64,000 nucleotides of DNA. It comes from Azolla caroliniana (Eukaryota; Plantae; Polypodiophyta). This document shows positions 47,755 to 61,813 of the stretch, piece by piece; positions within the stretch are counted from its first letter, which is position 1, and each line of letters begins with the position of its first letter. The translations under genes and the position numbers were made by a program. Under the pieces are notes generated by a model. That model had not been told where the DNA came from. It was given only the letters and a program-made list of their open reading frames with translations, and made no database searches. Where the stretch lies: the NCBI GenBank assembly GCA_043228905.1, contig JBHGNT010000001.1, positions 9,300,001 to 9,364,000 of the forward strand, read 5' to 3'.

Positions 47755-48320
47755 GTTTTGAGATGGGGTTCTTCGTCAGGCTTATGATTCTCCTATGGAT
47801 GTTGCATGATGTTGCAACATCCATAGGAGAATGATGCTTCTTTGTCAGAGTGTATTCAACCTCTCTCCCATTGGATCCATTATCACAAGATATACTTTCA
47901 CATCTTGGTTCAACTTTGAGATGTTGCATGATGCTTCTTTGTCAGAGTGTATTCAACCTCTCTCCCATTGGATCCATTATCACAATATATACTTTCACAT
48001 CTTGGTTCAACTTTGTCTTCTTGATGGATACAATCAAACTATGATGATCATTAACACATGTTAATAATGTTGGTATGTTTCGCGATGGGGTTCTTCGTCA
48101 TTTGAATGTATTTGAGATGTTGCATGATGCTTCTTTGTCAGAGTGTATTCAACCTCTCTCCCATTGGATCCATTATCACAATATATACTTTCACATCTTG
48201 TTTCAACTTTGTCTTCTTGATGGATACAATCAAACTATGATGATCATTAACACATGTTAATAATGTTGGTATGTTTCGCGATGGGGTTCTTCGTTAGGCT
48301 TATGATTCTCCAATGGATGA
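47755..48320 (+). repeat. Nested tandem repeats (about 97-bp and 196-bp periods)
   Basis: ATGATGCTTCTTTGTCAGAGTGTATTCAACCTCTCTCCCATTGGATCC occurs three times; GATGGGGTTCTTCGT occurs three times. Confidence 0.9.
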
Positions 48321-50779
48321 AAGTTCTGGAGTGGCTAAGTTGCTTGAACTCATCAGTTGGAAATATTGGTGACTTGGACCTTAGTTTCTTTGTCAATTAG
48401 ATGAATGTTTGTTGTGTGTTGCTGCTGAGTACAAGCTGCCTTTTCGGGTTTTTCGACCGTCATCTATCACAATTAGACCTTGGCAGAGTGTTCTAACACC
48501 AACTGACCTTATCTCAGAAAGACATGTACAGTAGGTGGGAGCAGATTGATGCGTTGTATTTTGTAGGAAATATGAGTGGATAGCATAGATGAGTGCTTCA
48601 CAAGAGTATAATGAAGCAACCATATAGTATACAGACCTCTCATATGTGATTACAATGGGGCTCTCTGTTAAGAAGAGAGCTATGCTTCATGTATGTTCTC
48701 AAAGGTGAGCACTAACTAAGAGCATTTAGTAAATGGCCGCAACCTGCACCCAAAGGTTCTTAACCTAAATGGTTACCCAACAACAATCATGATGAAGGTA
48801 CACCTCTTCCTGTTTCTCATATGTGTGAGATTCTTGATGCTTGTTCACAACCAACACTCCTAAGTGCTTTACCAAACTCTATCATAAGTGTGAGGTTCTT
48901 ACTCATCAGATTTTAAATCAAAATCCACTTCATCTTTTATACACCAAACTGTTATCACATGTTTTCTAGACTCCTACATCATCTGGTTACCCGAAGCTCT
49001 GCATCATCCATCCATTGTGGACTCCCGCATCATATGATCGCTAGCAATCTCGTGAATCGGAGAGCGACTCCAAAGACCAGTGGTATTTAGGTGCTTGGAA
49101 CACTGGATCTGTTCAAGACAATGCCAAAATACTAGTAGGAGTTGAATTGTTTTGCTTGAAATGGTGGGGTTATGTAATATTGATATAGTCAGCAGATGAA
49201 AGCCTTCATGATTTGCATCATAGGCGCCTTAGCAATGCTTTCATTTGGAGTTAGTTGTCAGACACAATGGCAAGTTCAATTCTCATGTGGAGGGAGTGCT
49301 TGAGCTTTAAAAGGCTCCATCCATTGCCAACATCATAAAAGTAAGGGGGCAAAAAAAGGTTGGATCTGCACTCACCTTGGTAGGATAAGCCACACAGTTT
49401 TGTGTTGGAATGTCAGGATTTTGAAGAATGAGAAACACCATGGGAGTACCAGAATAAATCAACATCAGGTTGCGCTCTGATTTTTTGGGTAAAATCTAAA
49501 AAAAAACTTTTGCCAAGGAGGAGAGGGTGTCTCATGGAAATCGAATTATTCCAGATGATCATTTTATATGACATTTTGGTGGGGTTGTTTAGGTTTCCAC
49601 ATTGATTATGCCTTTTGCCTCTTGGAAATGTCACTTCCATGGTCATCAATCATCATGACCATGGCCATGATCTTCACCACCACCATCATCATCATTATCA
49701 TCATCATCCAGATGATCATTTATATGATGACATTTGGTTGGTTATGGAGCTTCCATTTATCCTGCCATTTTGCAATTTGGGAGAATCATCACCTCCATAC
49801 ATACTTTGATTACTTTAGTTTGGTATGCACACTTAACTTTCATTGTTATGGCCTATGATAAGCCACTAGTTACACCCTTGTCGGACCAACTAGAGTCTAG
49901 ATGGAACCCTAATAAGGGCGATGTATCTCCCCATTCTTTGTATGGTAGCTCGGTGAATACTTGCTTCGTGATTCTTCGTGATTTCGGTGCAATGCTCGGT
50001 TGAGGGACCCATTCCATGTTCCCTCCGACATGCTTCTTGCCATCGTTACAACTCTTTCTTTTTGTTGGTGCATGTGATTCCTTTGAGTCGGTGTGTGTCG
50101 AACTAATGACTTGGTGAAGGACATTCGTCAGTGTGTGACAATACCACACGCCTTCAAGAAAGAGGAACGACAAGGTTTCGGGAGCAAGTCTCGGTTCCTT
50201 GAAAGAGCTTCTTCGGCGTAGAGCATAAAAAGGATCAATTGCTCATTTATTTTTGGTGTAGTACGTGGAAACTTGCAACTCTCCAAAGATGAGGGGATGT
50301 GTTCGTTAAAATGTAGTTGCTTGGTTGCAATAAGCCTATGCAATATATGTCTCTCTTGGTCATGAATTAACCATAGTGTCTATGGGGCCAACAAGCAGGT
50401 CAACCATCATTGATGTTGTAGGCATATAGACAATCGTAGCCTTTTCTACATGTATTTCTTCTTCACTTTCCATATTTTCAGTGATAAGTTTATCATTAAG
50501 TTGTTGGCTAGCTTCTTGTTGATCAATCTATTAGTATTTTTGTGTGGATGGGTCCTAGGCGCCCAAATGTTGTTATTTTTAATACAATGTGAAAAGTGGT
50601 CACACTTAGATGTATTTACACATCTATACTCATTTTTGAAAGTGAGATCAAGGGAAAAAATGGGCATTTTTTCTGTTGTAGAAAGAAAAACATATTTTGG
50701 AGAGCTTATACTCTCCTTCTCGATCTGTTCCATCAACGCTCTTGTGTACATGATTGAACGCTGACATTTCAGACATCAT

Positions 50780-51059
50780 TGTCACCAACCATGTGCTATG
50801 AGTCTTTGGTGGTTATTTTTGTGTCTTGTTAGTTAGGTGGGTTTGGTTGCTAAGAGAAATTTGACATTCCTTTTTCATAGTACTCTAACTTGTTTCGAGT
50901 AGAACATTTGTGTACAAGTTTTTATGTTGATATAAATTCTCAACTAGGTCTCGTGGTTTTTTACCTCCTTGAGGGTTTTCCACGTTAAAAATTTGTGGTG
51001 TATCATGCATAGCTTTTGCTTTGCATCTTGCTGTTTTCTTTAAATAATTTTGCACAACA
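50780..51059 (+). mobile_element. 3' part of a decayed Copia-type LTR; left boundary approximate
   Basis: CGTGGTTTTTT...AGGGTTTTCCACGTTAA resembles the U5 motif of the young Copia LTR (24553-24587); the segment ends ...CAACA. Confidence 0.4.
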
Positions 51060-51180
51060 TAATCTTTGTCTCATATAAGTGATAAAGTGATATCGAGATT
51101 CTGATCATCATCATCTTGGTAATGATGTCTTCCAATACTCGTGTATTCCTTGTTGTTATGATGAGGGGATCGACGTCCAT

Positions 51181-51566
51181 CATTGTTGTAAAATACTTAG
51201 CATAAAATACGTGTAGAATAATACGTATTCTAACTTTTTTTTTAAATACTTAGAATACGTATTTTATAGAAAAAATATGTTAAATACGTTAAATACTTAG
51301 AATAAGTGTAGAATACTTGTAAAATACGTTAAATACTTCTTAAATTTTAAAGGTTTTTTTTTCAAAAAATAAATAAAAATAAATTTATTTGTTTTTTGAA
51401 ATGATAAATACTTGTTGAATACGTAGACTACGTTAAATGTTTAGAATACGTTGAATACGTCAAATTTTAAAAAATGGCAATTCTAAAACGTAGAATACGT
51501 GTAGAATACTTCAGAGTATCCTAAAACGTACTCTAAACGTAGAATACATATTTTTTAACAACTATG
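51181..51566. mobile_element. hAT-like MITE
   Basis: Termini CATTGTTGTAAAA and TTTTAACAACTATG. 8-bp flanks ACGTCCAT and ACATCTAT (6/8 match). Many internal TAGAATAC(G/T) subterminal motifs. Confidence 0.7.
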
Positions 51567-52665
51567 ACATCTATGCATTTAGCACACTTTCATTTGCCAA
51601 TTCCTCTTGTAAATATGTGATTATGGTTTGTTTAGTATTTGCATAATTCTTCCACTCGACTTCTTCCTTGTTAACCTTTTAGTACTCAACCTTCAAAGTT
51701 GTATATCCTCGAGTGAGTTTCTTTCATGTCTCTTGAGCTAGTTCTTGTGCCATTCCCTTCGCTATTGTTTATTTCATCTATTGTTGTTTCTTTTGTTTCC
51801 TTGTGGCTTTTGGTTGGCTCTCTCAAAAATGGATTCCATTCTTCTCTCATTCATTTCTTGGATTTCCACAATTTGATGTTGAAGTTTCACACATTGTTTA
51901 TGACATACAATGTTGCGAGAACCCAAGAAAAGGGTGCGAAAGTTTTTAGTGGAACCATGGAAGTCTTGGATTAGGGAATGTGAGTTTTGAGGTTGTTTTC
52001 GTTACAACTTCTATTGGAACCCTTTGTGTGGGATGACAAGTGAATGTGCTCTTGTCGATTTCCCTCTCTTGATGAACTCATGTTAATTAAAAATCCTAAT
52101 CACTACACTAATTAAGAAATATATTAGTCAGAATTAAATAGATAAATACTTCATAAAAAATATACGAGGTCCCTCAATTAAATAGAGAATTACGAAATAA
52201 GAGTCTAAAGACATGTATATCTCAATCAATTAGGTGGAAAAGCTACATGGAGGAAAGTGGCTCTTAATAGATGCAAAGGGAGAGAATGAGGACCAAAAGG
52301 TACCATTTTACATAGGGTGAGAAGGAATTAAGATATGGAAGAATTGGGGGATATCCTTTATTCGATGTGGGTAATCTATGATCAATAATAATGCCACCTT
52401 GTTCAAGGTCGTAGGTCTACCTTGCTTCCTCATGATTCAATTTGTTGTCTAAACTTGGGCATCCAAATACTAAAACTCAGAACCTACATTCAGAGTGACA
52501 AGCCTACAATCATTGAATTCGTTGTATTGGTCATCGAGGTCTCTAATGTCGCGTCATTATCCTTGTGATTCTTTTTTAGAATGGCATGTCTACAATTGAT
52601 TACAATGACATGTTGGTTGTCATAGGCTTCCCACACGCCCTCATGATCTGCTACCTCATCATGAC

Positions 52666-53510
52666 TTTTTTTACAATAAAAGCGTGGGTTTTTACTTCCA
52701 AAGAAGAATATACTCCATTAGTTAAAATGACATACAATACACAACTTTAGACATTACGTGCTTCCATAAGGGCTACATCACTTATATATCTTACACTAAA
52801 TAGCCCACATGTTTGTTCTCCATGTTTCTCGTGTCATTCACGCCCCTCTATCATCTAATGGGAGGGGGGAACAACCATCTCGGTACTACGTACTGCCATC
52901 GTATATCCACTCCAATTTCTGCAGCCATCGGTGTAGTACACCATCGTTTTCTGAAATTCAGCCTCATTAACTTTGAAGCATCATTTGTTCCATCAATCTG
53001 CTCATATTGGGCCCTCAATGTAGTTATTAATGTGTGCCATATTAGCTTAATAGATTTTGCTGGAGGCCGTTTGTTTGCTGAAAATACCCTGGTACATCTT
53101 GCGGTCCAAATGTTCCATATGATCATGGGTGCTAGCAACATCCATAGATCTTCAATTTTCTGCTTTTGGGCATTACTTCTAGGTGCACTATTACCAGCGA
53201 TCAATCGAATAGTTCCATTCTCCCCTCTGTACATAGTTGTACATGTGCTATCAAATTTCTCTACGTCATCATCAAGACAATTCCAAGAAGCATGTCCCCA
53301 ATTGAGGGTAAATGAGCTAGAGACATGGCAAAGCAATCGTAATGCCCTTCTCCATACAACCGTAGCCTCATGACATTCCCAGAGACAATGGGAAATGCTT
53401 TCTAGTTGTCCACATGCACTACATCTAGGGTCTACATTGGGGCCTTTAGCCCACACCCCTACTGGCAAGGCTCTATGCACAATAAGCCATAAGCACATCA
53501 TTATCTTGCA
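52666..53510 (-). mobile_element. 5'-truncated L1-type LINE: ORF2 C-terminal zinc-finger region, 3' UTR and short poly(A)
   Basis: ORF 52851-53501 contains LPVG...CSACGQLESISHCLWEC...W and IIWNIWTARC..VF (zf-RVT-type). T-tract at about 52666-52672 on plus. Confidence 0.8.
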
Positions 53511-56500
53511 GTCATCACTGTCATGTCATATCATTTCCAGATTTTAGCAGTGTTCAAATTTAGGAAACCAAGGCCTAAAGGTATTGAACTTGGGATCTCC
53601 TCCTTGGGAATAGATACCTATTGTTGACATATTGCTTTATTATTATTTAATCTTACTTTTTGCTTTTTGTTTGGGTAACCAATTTGGTAAGGATCTTGGG
53701 GCTTTGAACAATTTGCCCTTTCACACTTTTTTGCCTTTTTGGGAAATGTCTCAATGGTGCCCATTCTCCATTCCTACCGTGACTCCTGGTTGGCATTGAT
53801 TTGAAAAAGGCAGTCATGTTCACCTTAAACTGAAAAACATCACCTCTAATCTAACATTTCCCTAAGTTGGTAAGGGAAATATTTTCATATTTGTTTGTTA
53901 TAATATCCATGTGAGGTGTAATTTTGAATTAAAATATTGGTTATAAACCAAATGTAAGTTTCTCATATTGCAATTTGTAGTGAACTACCCTTCATTAGAT
54001 GGTGACGATTAATGGCCAATCAACTTGTAATGTGAAAGGGATGTTTTAAGGTTTCTAACTTATATGAAAGGCGAGAGCCAACAGGCTCTCGAGGCCTCCA
54101 CGATTACATGGAGTGGAGAGGTAAACGCTTTTTGTGTTGAATTGTGACATGGTCTTCACCATTGGGGATGACACCCCAATCTCTTGGTTAGCCTATCATG
54201 AGGAATTCAACTCTTCAAGACTCATTTGATTATTAGTAAGAGCAACACTCCATGATATGGGTCATGTTGGCCCCTTCATGGAAACATGCAGTGAGGAATA
54301 ACATAGTTTACAGTTTTAGAAGGAATATTATGATGGGCATTGAGTAGATGTTGGAAAGTACATGAGTAATCTTACTAGAGGCACTCTATGGAGTAATGAG
54401 GAATAACACAACTTCGAGAAAATGGTTTATAAAAAAAATTCTACATGAAGGGTATTATGGAGACATCATTGACAAAGGATGGGCACCCCACTTAAGGTGG
54501 AATGTGAGAAGGAAGAGTATCTAATGCTAATTGTTAAATTCCATTACAGTTTGTTAGCCGAACATGGAGGGATATAAACAACAGCAACTTTGTCCCTCAA
54601 AGGGTGAATAGGTATGTCATAGCAACTTGGATAATCAACATAACAGTCTATGCAAGTTTGCCAAGCTTACATGTCTAATGATAATGCCATAGGTTCCTAT
54701 ATTGTAGACACGACTAATGATAATGTCATTTATTGCTTGATTGAGTTGAGTTGGATGAGATCATTCCCATTCTATGATATAAAAGTTGATTTACATAAAT
54801 TTGGAGTTAAAAGACAAATACATATTGGAATGACCATGGCCACCATTGGAAACTTGTTGAAGAGAAGATTGATGAATAATATTATGTTGTATAGGTGTTC
54901 TAGATCATGACATTTTAAAATCACAAAATAGTCTAGAAAGAAAATACATGTGGGTCTGGATAGCAACATGAAGGTTTTTTCTTATCATGTAGCTTTCTTT
55001 TTATATATGTGCGGTAGAAACACCTTGAGAGATTCACATAAATGTACAAATTAATCCATGAAGGGGCATTGGACAACACAATGTACACCATTGGCATTAT
55101 TATATGTAGAACGCCCATTAGAATTATTGCATTTCAACATCATGCATGAATGAATCGGTACTTTGACCTTTCAAAATTTTAAAGATTGAAGTAATGCTAC
55201 ATCATAATACCATATAATCATAGCTTCATTATTCATTGTGACATGTGGAGAGAGAGAGAGAGAGAGGTAACTTTATTGTTTGTCAGTAGTAAGGAGTGGA
55301 GACAAAATGTGCAGGTTAAAAGGTGTCCTCACAAGTATGTTAGTCGAATATTTGAACTTGCCAGTTGGATACATTTGTAAAGGGAACAAAAATATTTGAG
55401 CTTGTCCTCGATAAATTCATATAGATTTTTGTTGTTTGCTCATCATTTACTGTCATTTCATGGCTGAGTAAGGATCATTTTCCCAAATACTTGGGTGAAA
55501 ACATATATATTGCATAGACGTATGCCTGTTTGCTTGAAAGGAAATGCCATTCGATGTACATTGCAAATTTGGAGGTTGCAAAAGCCTTATAGAAGAGATT
55601 TTACGTTTCTCGATATGTAATGGTAACTTTTGCAAAGACGGTTCATGACGAAATTTAACATTTCTTTAATCTCTCACACGAGAGTGGTCATCATTTCGAA
55701 GAAGGATGGGTTGTAATAAGACACACTATGACTGTTCCAATTTTAATGGACTTATCCAAATGAACATGGTTATTTGTAGTATATGGCTTTTAGTCACAAC
55801 CTATTTTTGTCTAGAAAAACCTACTCACAAAATGGATGTGTTAGGGTTTTTGCCTAAATTACTATGCATTTCGCACGTGAATGAAATATTTCTGGTTTGA
55901 ATCCTTGCCTTTAAAAAGACAGATTGTTTCTCTTTTTTGCACTTCACATCATGGCAGGGTTCCCAAGATCTCCACCTTCAAAAAGAAAAGTAGGGGCGCC
56001 CCTCACTTGGAATTCTCTACTTCACTTTGGACATCCATGTAAACGATTGCATTCATTCGTGGAATTGTTATCTTTCCTTTTTCTTTTAGCGCTTTTTGGC
56101 TTGTCTTCACTACCGAAGTATCCCCATATTCCCTTGATTTTTTTTCTCATAAACTTTCTTTGATGTTATGTAATGTTTGCAAACAAGGAGGAATATTTGT
56201 ATATTGTAACTTGATCATGTTGCAATGAACGTGTCCCATCTTAAAATATCTCTTGTTCTAAAACTAATCGACATCACTATGTGGAGATCCACTTTGAGTG
56301 TCGCAATGGAATCTTGTGTCACATCTTGGAATGTTATTTTGTTTCCATTAATGATATCAAAACAACATCATTATATTATCTCTATGGATGGAGGTAATTC
56401 TCTCACACCCACAACTTCCTACTATCATATATTCTTAAGTTATTTCCTTTAAAATAAAGGAGGATAAGATGTTAACTTATAAATAATTTCCCTAATAGTT

Positions 56501-57363
56501 ACTTATAATAACTTTTCTTTGAACATCGACTTCTGTTAATTAGTACCACCTTGGTGATAGAGTTGTTTCTCATAAATACCTTAATGATCCAGTCACATTT
56601 TCGAGGTCTCTAAAAAGTATTGCCTTGGCCCGTTATAAACAAGATATGGTATCAAATTTGACTTTAAACTATCCATACTAACTAATGTTAGTGAATCTAA
56701 TCCATTTGTACTCTCACTTATTTACATTGCTATTTATAAGCATTATTGTAATATTCTTAACTCTGCTTCCAAAACCACAATATTGACCAAACAAAATGGT
56801 GGGCCATGTGATTTTCCACCTTGTTATACAAGCATGCATGTCTTAAATGTGTGTGTGTGTGTGTGTGTGTTTGTATGTCCTATACACTTACATATAGATT
56901 GTAAGAATGGTGTTGCTTTTGAGGTTGAATCATTCCTTACGGCTGGATTTCATCATTATCCCTAAATGTTATTCACATGTAAACGTTTTTTTACTAATTT
57001 AAGGATGCCGCCACAATATGTACATTGATAAAAACAAAGAGATGCGTATATGTGTATTTTTACTTTTGTCTAATGAAAATATGGTATATCAACTAAACAT
57101 ATCTATGCAAATAGACATGCCACATTTGATTTTATCGGAATCTCCAGACTTTTGCACTAACAATACTTCATTACCACGAATTCAAAGCGCCTTTAATGCA
57201 TGAATAATTGTCATTCACCAATAGATAATATACAACCATTATGAGGATTACAATGAAATAAGGTGAGATCATGCTAACATACAAAACAACGATGTTAATC
57301 ATAAATAAATGGTGCTACAATTTTATATCAAATCATATTGTATCATGATAATATATCGATCAC

Positions 57364-57998
57364 TTCAAGATGCTATCGTGAAGACGTTGACAAAGTTGTT
57401 CCAAATGTCTGCCATTGATTTCCAAGAACCTCACTTCACTAATAATGTTTCCTCCTGCATGAATTTATAATTATGGTACAAATGATGACAATTAGGATTT
57501 AGAGATATTTGTATAAACCTCTTAATCAAATAAATTGTGGTCTATTTTGTTATCACTAACACTTTTTTGGTCAATAATTATAAATGCATTATGATTGTTT
57601 ATCATTAAACTCAAATAATTAGAACTTCACTTTATTATAGTTTATTAGAATTTAGCATTGCTTACTATATGTAGTTACCATTGATTACAACTATTTTAAA
57701 TTAGCCAAAGCAAATCAGATTGTGATTGTTTGATGTTTGCATTCATATTCAATTTCGACTTAGGGTAATTGTTACACAACTTCCAGGGAAACATTATTGT
57801 TTGTACTTGAAACAACTTGATATGCTCTTTGGTTTGTTGACATAAATGCAAAGGTAAACATAAAAAATCGGAATTTGCTTTACCTGCCGACGTTATAAGT
57901 CTTTTAAGTGTAGTTGAGGCCATGGCAGCCTTCTTCTCGATTACAAATCTAAGCCCATCAGCACTAATAAGTGAAATAGTGTCTTTTGATCTTGCCAT
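57364..57998 (-). CDS. Diverged Elongin C-like gene or pseudogene; exons 57998-57884 and 57454-57364, last exon unresolved
   Basis: MARSKDTISLISADGLRFVIEKKAAMASTTLKRLITSAG-GNIISEVRFLEINGRHLEQLCQRLHDSIL; same intron positions and phases (1 and 2) as the 39770 gene, with GT-AG sites. Confidence 0.7.
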
Positions 57999-58671
57999 CT
58001 TCTTCAACTTAAGTAGAAAGGAGATAAAATGAGCCAAGAGAAGCAATTGGAGGGCAATGGCAACGATCGAGGAAAGAGCAATGATAGTCCCTAATAGACT
58101 CAAAATTTCTACATAAACACTAGCGCAGTCATTTCCATTAGGGAGAACATTTTAGTACGACAAATGATGCTAAGCATCCTACTTTTATAGACGAACTTCT
58201 CGTGTTTATACTTCGTTCAATTTTATTTTTATTTTTTCACACATGTAAAGAATCAAGATTCCATGTCATGTCACATTATTTTTACACGCATACCACTTCT
58301 AGCAACTAACAAGTTTTAGATGCCAAATTGCATAAACTCATTTGTTCGTGTTGTTACTTTTAGCGGCCAAAGTTTCTGTTTCGACCCCGCTCTAGATTCG
58401 AAAATGCCCACTAGAAAAATCTATGGCCATCCATTAATCATAGGGTACCGAACGTGCGTGTGCATACGATAGAACAAAAGTCTCGGACAAATTTACAAAT
58501 ATAACTTCCACTTAGGTACATACGTTTCTTTACTTATACTACGCCAAAACAAAAAGATTTTGGAGTAAATATCGTCAATCTTAAGGTCATAACCTAAAGG
58601 AAAAAGAAAATGCCATTCCTTTCATGACATGCGTAATCCTTAACAATCAAACGATAATGCACAACCATATC

Positions 58672-59462
58672 AAAACTGGTGCTTGATTTACAAAATATAT
58701 TAAGAAACACACATACTTGTGACATGCTTTATTAAAGCAAATTTCAGTTTGTTCATTTATCACAATGCGGTGCACTCTCACACATATGTGCAAAACAGGT
58801 TTGAATTATTTAACCATCCTTTCGGAAAGGCATATTTTAAACTTATGATGGTATATCCTTAAATTTTAAGATCTCTTAACAACTGGGCATATCGATTTCT
58901 TCGGTCATCATACATTCAATTTAACTTCAACTTCATTATTCCAAAATTCATGGATCCTTATACCAACAAATGACAGGAAATTTAAGTCTATTCATGTATG
59001 AAAACAGCTAGATGAAGCTTGGGTATATGTGAACTTGTGAAGTGTCAAACATATTAAAGTTTTTATTAACATGTTTTTCTTAAAACTGGTGCTTGATTTA
59101 CAAAATATATTAAGAAACACACATACTTGTAACATGCTTTATTAAAGCAAATTTCAGTTTGTTCTTTTATTACAATGCGGTGCACTCTCACACATATATG
59201 CAAAACATGTTTGAATTATTTAACCATCCATTCGGAAAGGCATATTTTAAACTTATGAGGGTATATCTTAAATTTTAAGTTCTCTTAACAACTGGGCATA
59301 TCGATTTCTTCGGTCATCATACATTCAATTTAATTTCGACTTCATTATTCCAAAATTCATGGATCCTTATACCAACAAATGACATGAAATTTAAGTCTAT
59401 TCATGTATGAAAACAGCTAGACGAAGCTTGGGTATATGTGAAGTGTCAAACATATTAAAGTT
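58672..59462 (+). repeat. Tandem duplication, period about 410 bp
   Basis: AAAACTGGTGCTTGATTTAC...GTGTCAAACATATTAAAGTT at 58672-59062 and 59082-59462, with few differences. Confidence 0.95.
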
Positions 59463-60157
59463 AAAAAAACAATCAAACTCTTGAATTGATCAAATGTTCT
59501 AATATTGAAATACAAAAAGCAATAAAACAAATATATGATCTTGCAAGATTCCAAGTATGTCATGTCCTTGTTTTTCTACATCTCGTTCCTTCCACTCTCC
59601 ATGCGTTAAATTTTAGAGCTCAAAGCATATATTAACACTTTCTAAGATTCTCAACGATTAAACAATTTACTCACCATTTGAATAATGATATACTATATAT
59701 ACCTTGTTTATGCAATTGGGTAAAACCGACAAAATCATATATATAGGAGACATGCGCACACACACCTATATGTGCATGTATGGAACACCCACCAAGGAGG
59801 ATTTAGCATCTTTGTGCTAGACCTTCTCTCCTGTTTGCCTGCACATAGGAACATATCTATGTAGTGTTTAGCATTTCTAAAGTTTGTAGATTTATCTATA
59901 GGGTATGCATATGCGCATATCTTTTGGGCACGTTTATCATTGCACGTGCATATACCACTTGTAACATAAACATGGTTAGATTACCTGAATGTATACACAT
60001 GATCAAACTACCACACATATGTTTCTATTATTAGCATTAACATGGTTGATTATGACTATATATTTACTCCGCATAGTAGATATCACATGGACAATAGTTT
60101 TCCCTATCTTTATGATTTTAGTTGAGGCTTTCACTCTTCTGAATGAAGTGTTTGCTT

Positions 60158-60252
60158 GAAAGGAAATGCCATACATGTCCTTTTACATATAAATATGTTT
60201 CTCAATCAATCGGAAAGGAAACACCATACATGTCCTTTTACATATAAATATG
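60158..60252 (+). repeat. Short direct duplication of about 41 bp
   Basis: GAAAGGAAA..CCATACATGTCCTTTTACATATAAATATGT occurs twice; TGTTTGCTTGAAAGGAAATGCCAT is also found at about 55527. Confidence 0.7.
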
Positions 60253-61518
60253 TGTATGGTTATGTACATATTGAAATCGAGACCTCATGGTAGTACCTGC
60301 ATTAACAATTCTTATGTGTCATTGCAATACCATAACATGATATAGATTCGTATTGCATTTGTGTTTGTAGGTCGTTTCAAATTAGATTCGTTGTTGCCCT
60401 AATGAGTTAACAGTACTCCAAAATGACATGCGAATGGTCTTATCACATATTGTTCTACATGTCTCAAATAATTTCTCATCCCATCCATTTATGACGTGGA
60501 ACACATAATAATTATTGGGTTGACACCATGATATATTGATTACATGCATTACATTGTTATTCTTTCAAATTCCATAGATTCAATACAATCTTTTACAATG
60601 TTATAAACTCCATAAAACATAGCATTAAGAAGAATAATTACATGAGGTTACCATAGCCACACGACAAAGCTAAGATACATATTGTGATAGTCTTAAAAGC
60701 ATGTTTGCTTATACTTGCGTAAACATGCATGCCAACATATGTATGTTTGTAACATATATATGTTTGCGGATCCCACACCGACATGCATAGTGGTCTATAT
60801 GCTCTAACATCAAAATGACAAAAGGTTTTAATGAATATATTGAATAAAAGAACGACCACTTGAAATTATAAAGTGGATTTAAACTAAACCCTATGAAAGG
60901 GTGATATTTTTAAAATGCATAAGTTTGTAATAAATGATCAATTTGGTTTAACGAACAACTTGAATAAGATAGGTGGGGAAAATAGATAATATAAGTGATT
61001 TAAATGTATAATAAGAATACGTAGAAGAATGTGGGATCTAACACCAATTCCAATGCTTGAGAACATGTTTACATTTTATATGTGCAATTTTGTAATGGTG
61101 TACAAGAGAGAAACATTCTTTTTTTTCGAAAAAAATATACTCCATTGATATTAAAATGAAAATGGCCAAAGGCAATATACAAAATAGTCCAACAATCCAA
61201 TGTTTGTAGGTACAAGAGAGAAGCATTTTTTCTAGATGTACATGGTATATAGATTTGGATTAAGATGACATAGTAAGTATCTTGAGTCCTTATATGCACA
61301 ATTAGTTTTAAACTTTTATCGATATCTTTATATAGTTAATTAATTGCCAATGCTTGTTATCACAATTGTAGATAATTAGGTACTTAACTAAGGGTTAATT
61401 AGTATCTAATTATGTAAGTAGTTAATCACTTACGTGATTAAGCAACGAGAGACTATGTGATATGTGTGTGTATGTGTGAGTGTGAGAGTAAGGAAGTTAA
61501 ATGAGACATAGAGAGACG

Positions 61519-61813
61519 TGTAATGCACTGTCCCACGGACGTGCCATGTGTTGGCCTAGAGTATGATCCCGATGAGTAATATGAACGGGGACGAGTCAAA
61601 ATATAATATTAGACTAGTAATGTAAGTATTAGTTAAGGAGCGGACAGATCTGGATAGTTGTACCGATCTGGATCCACACCGATTGATAGCCGGTAGCCGG
61701 TAAGGCACCGTTGTGTATTTCCTACCGGATACCTATAAAAGGATTTGGAATTGATGTAAATGTTTAACGGAAGTAATATGAGATTAGTGTTCTGTTCTCA
61801 TTCTATTGTGACT
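61519..61813 (+). mobile_element. LTR-like segment abutting the truncated integrase
   Basis: Starts TGTAAT and has CCTATAAAAGG; the integrase frame breaks off at about 61813. No TSD. Confidence 0.4.

Noticed and set aside
48330-50780. Old retrotransposon remnants and a His-rich ORF at 49615
   Set aside because: Only faint hints; the His run is a (CAT/CAC)n microsatellite and boundaries cannot be supported.
53550-54650. Decayed gypsy RNase H or integrase relic (KSVKGQI-like on minus near 53720)
   Set aside because: A single short motif with no continuous frame.
57696-58103. 135-aa ORF with an N-terminal hydrophobic segment
   Set aside because: The upstream start is non-ATG and the tail is intron; only 57998-57884 is Elongin C-like exon.
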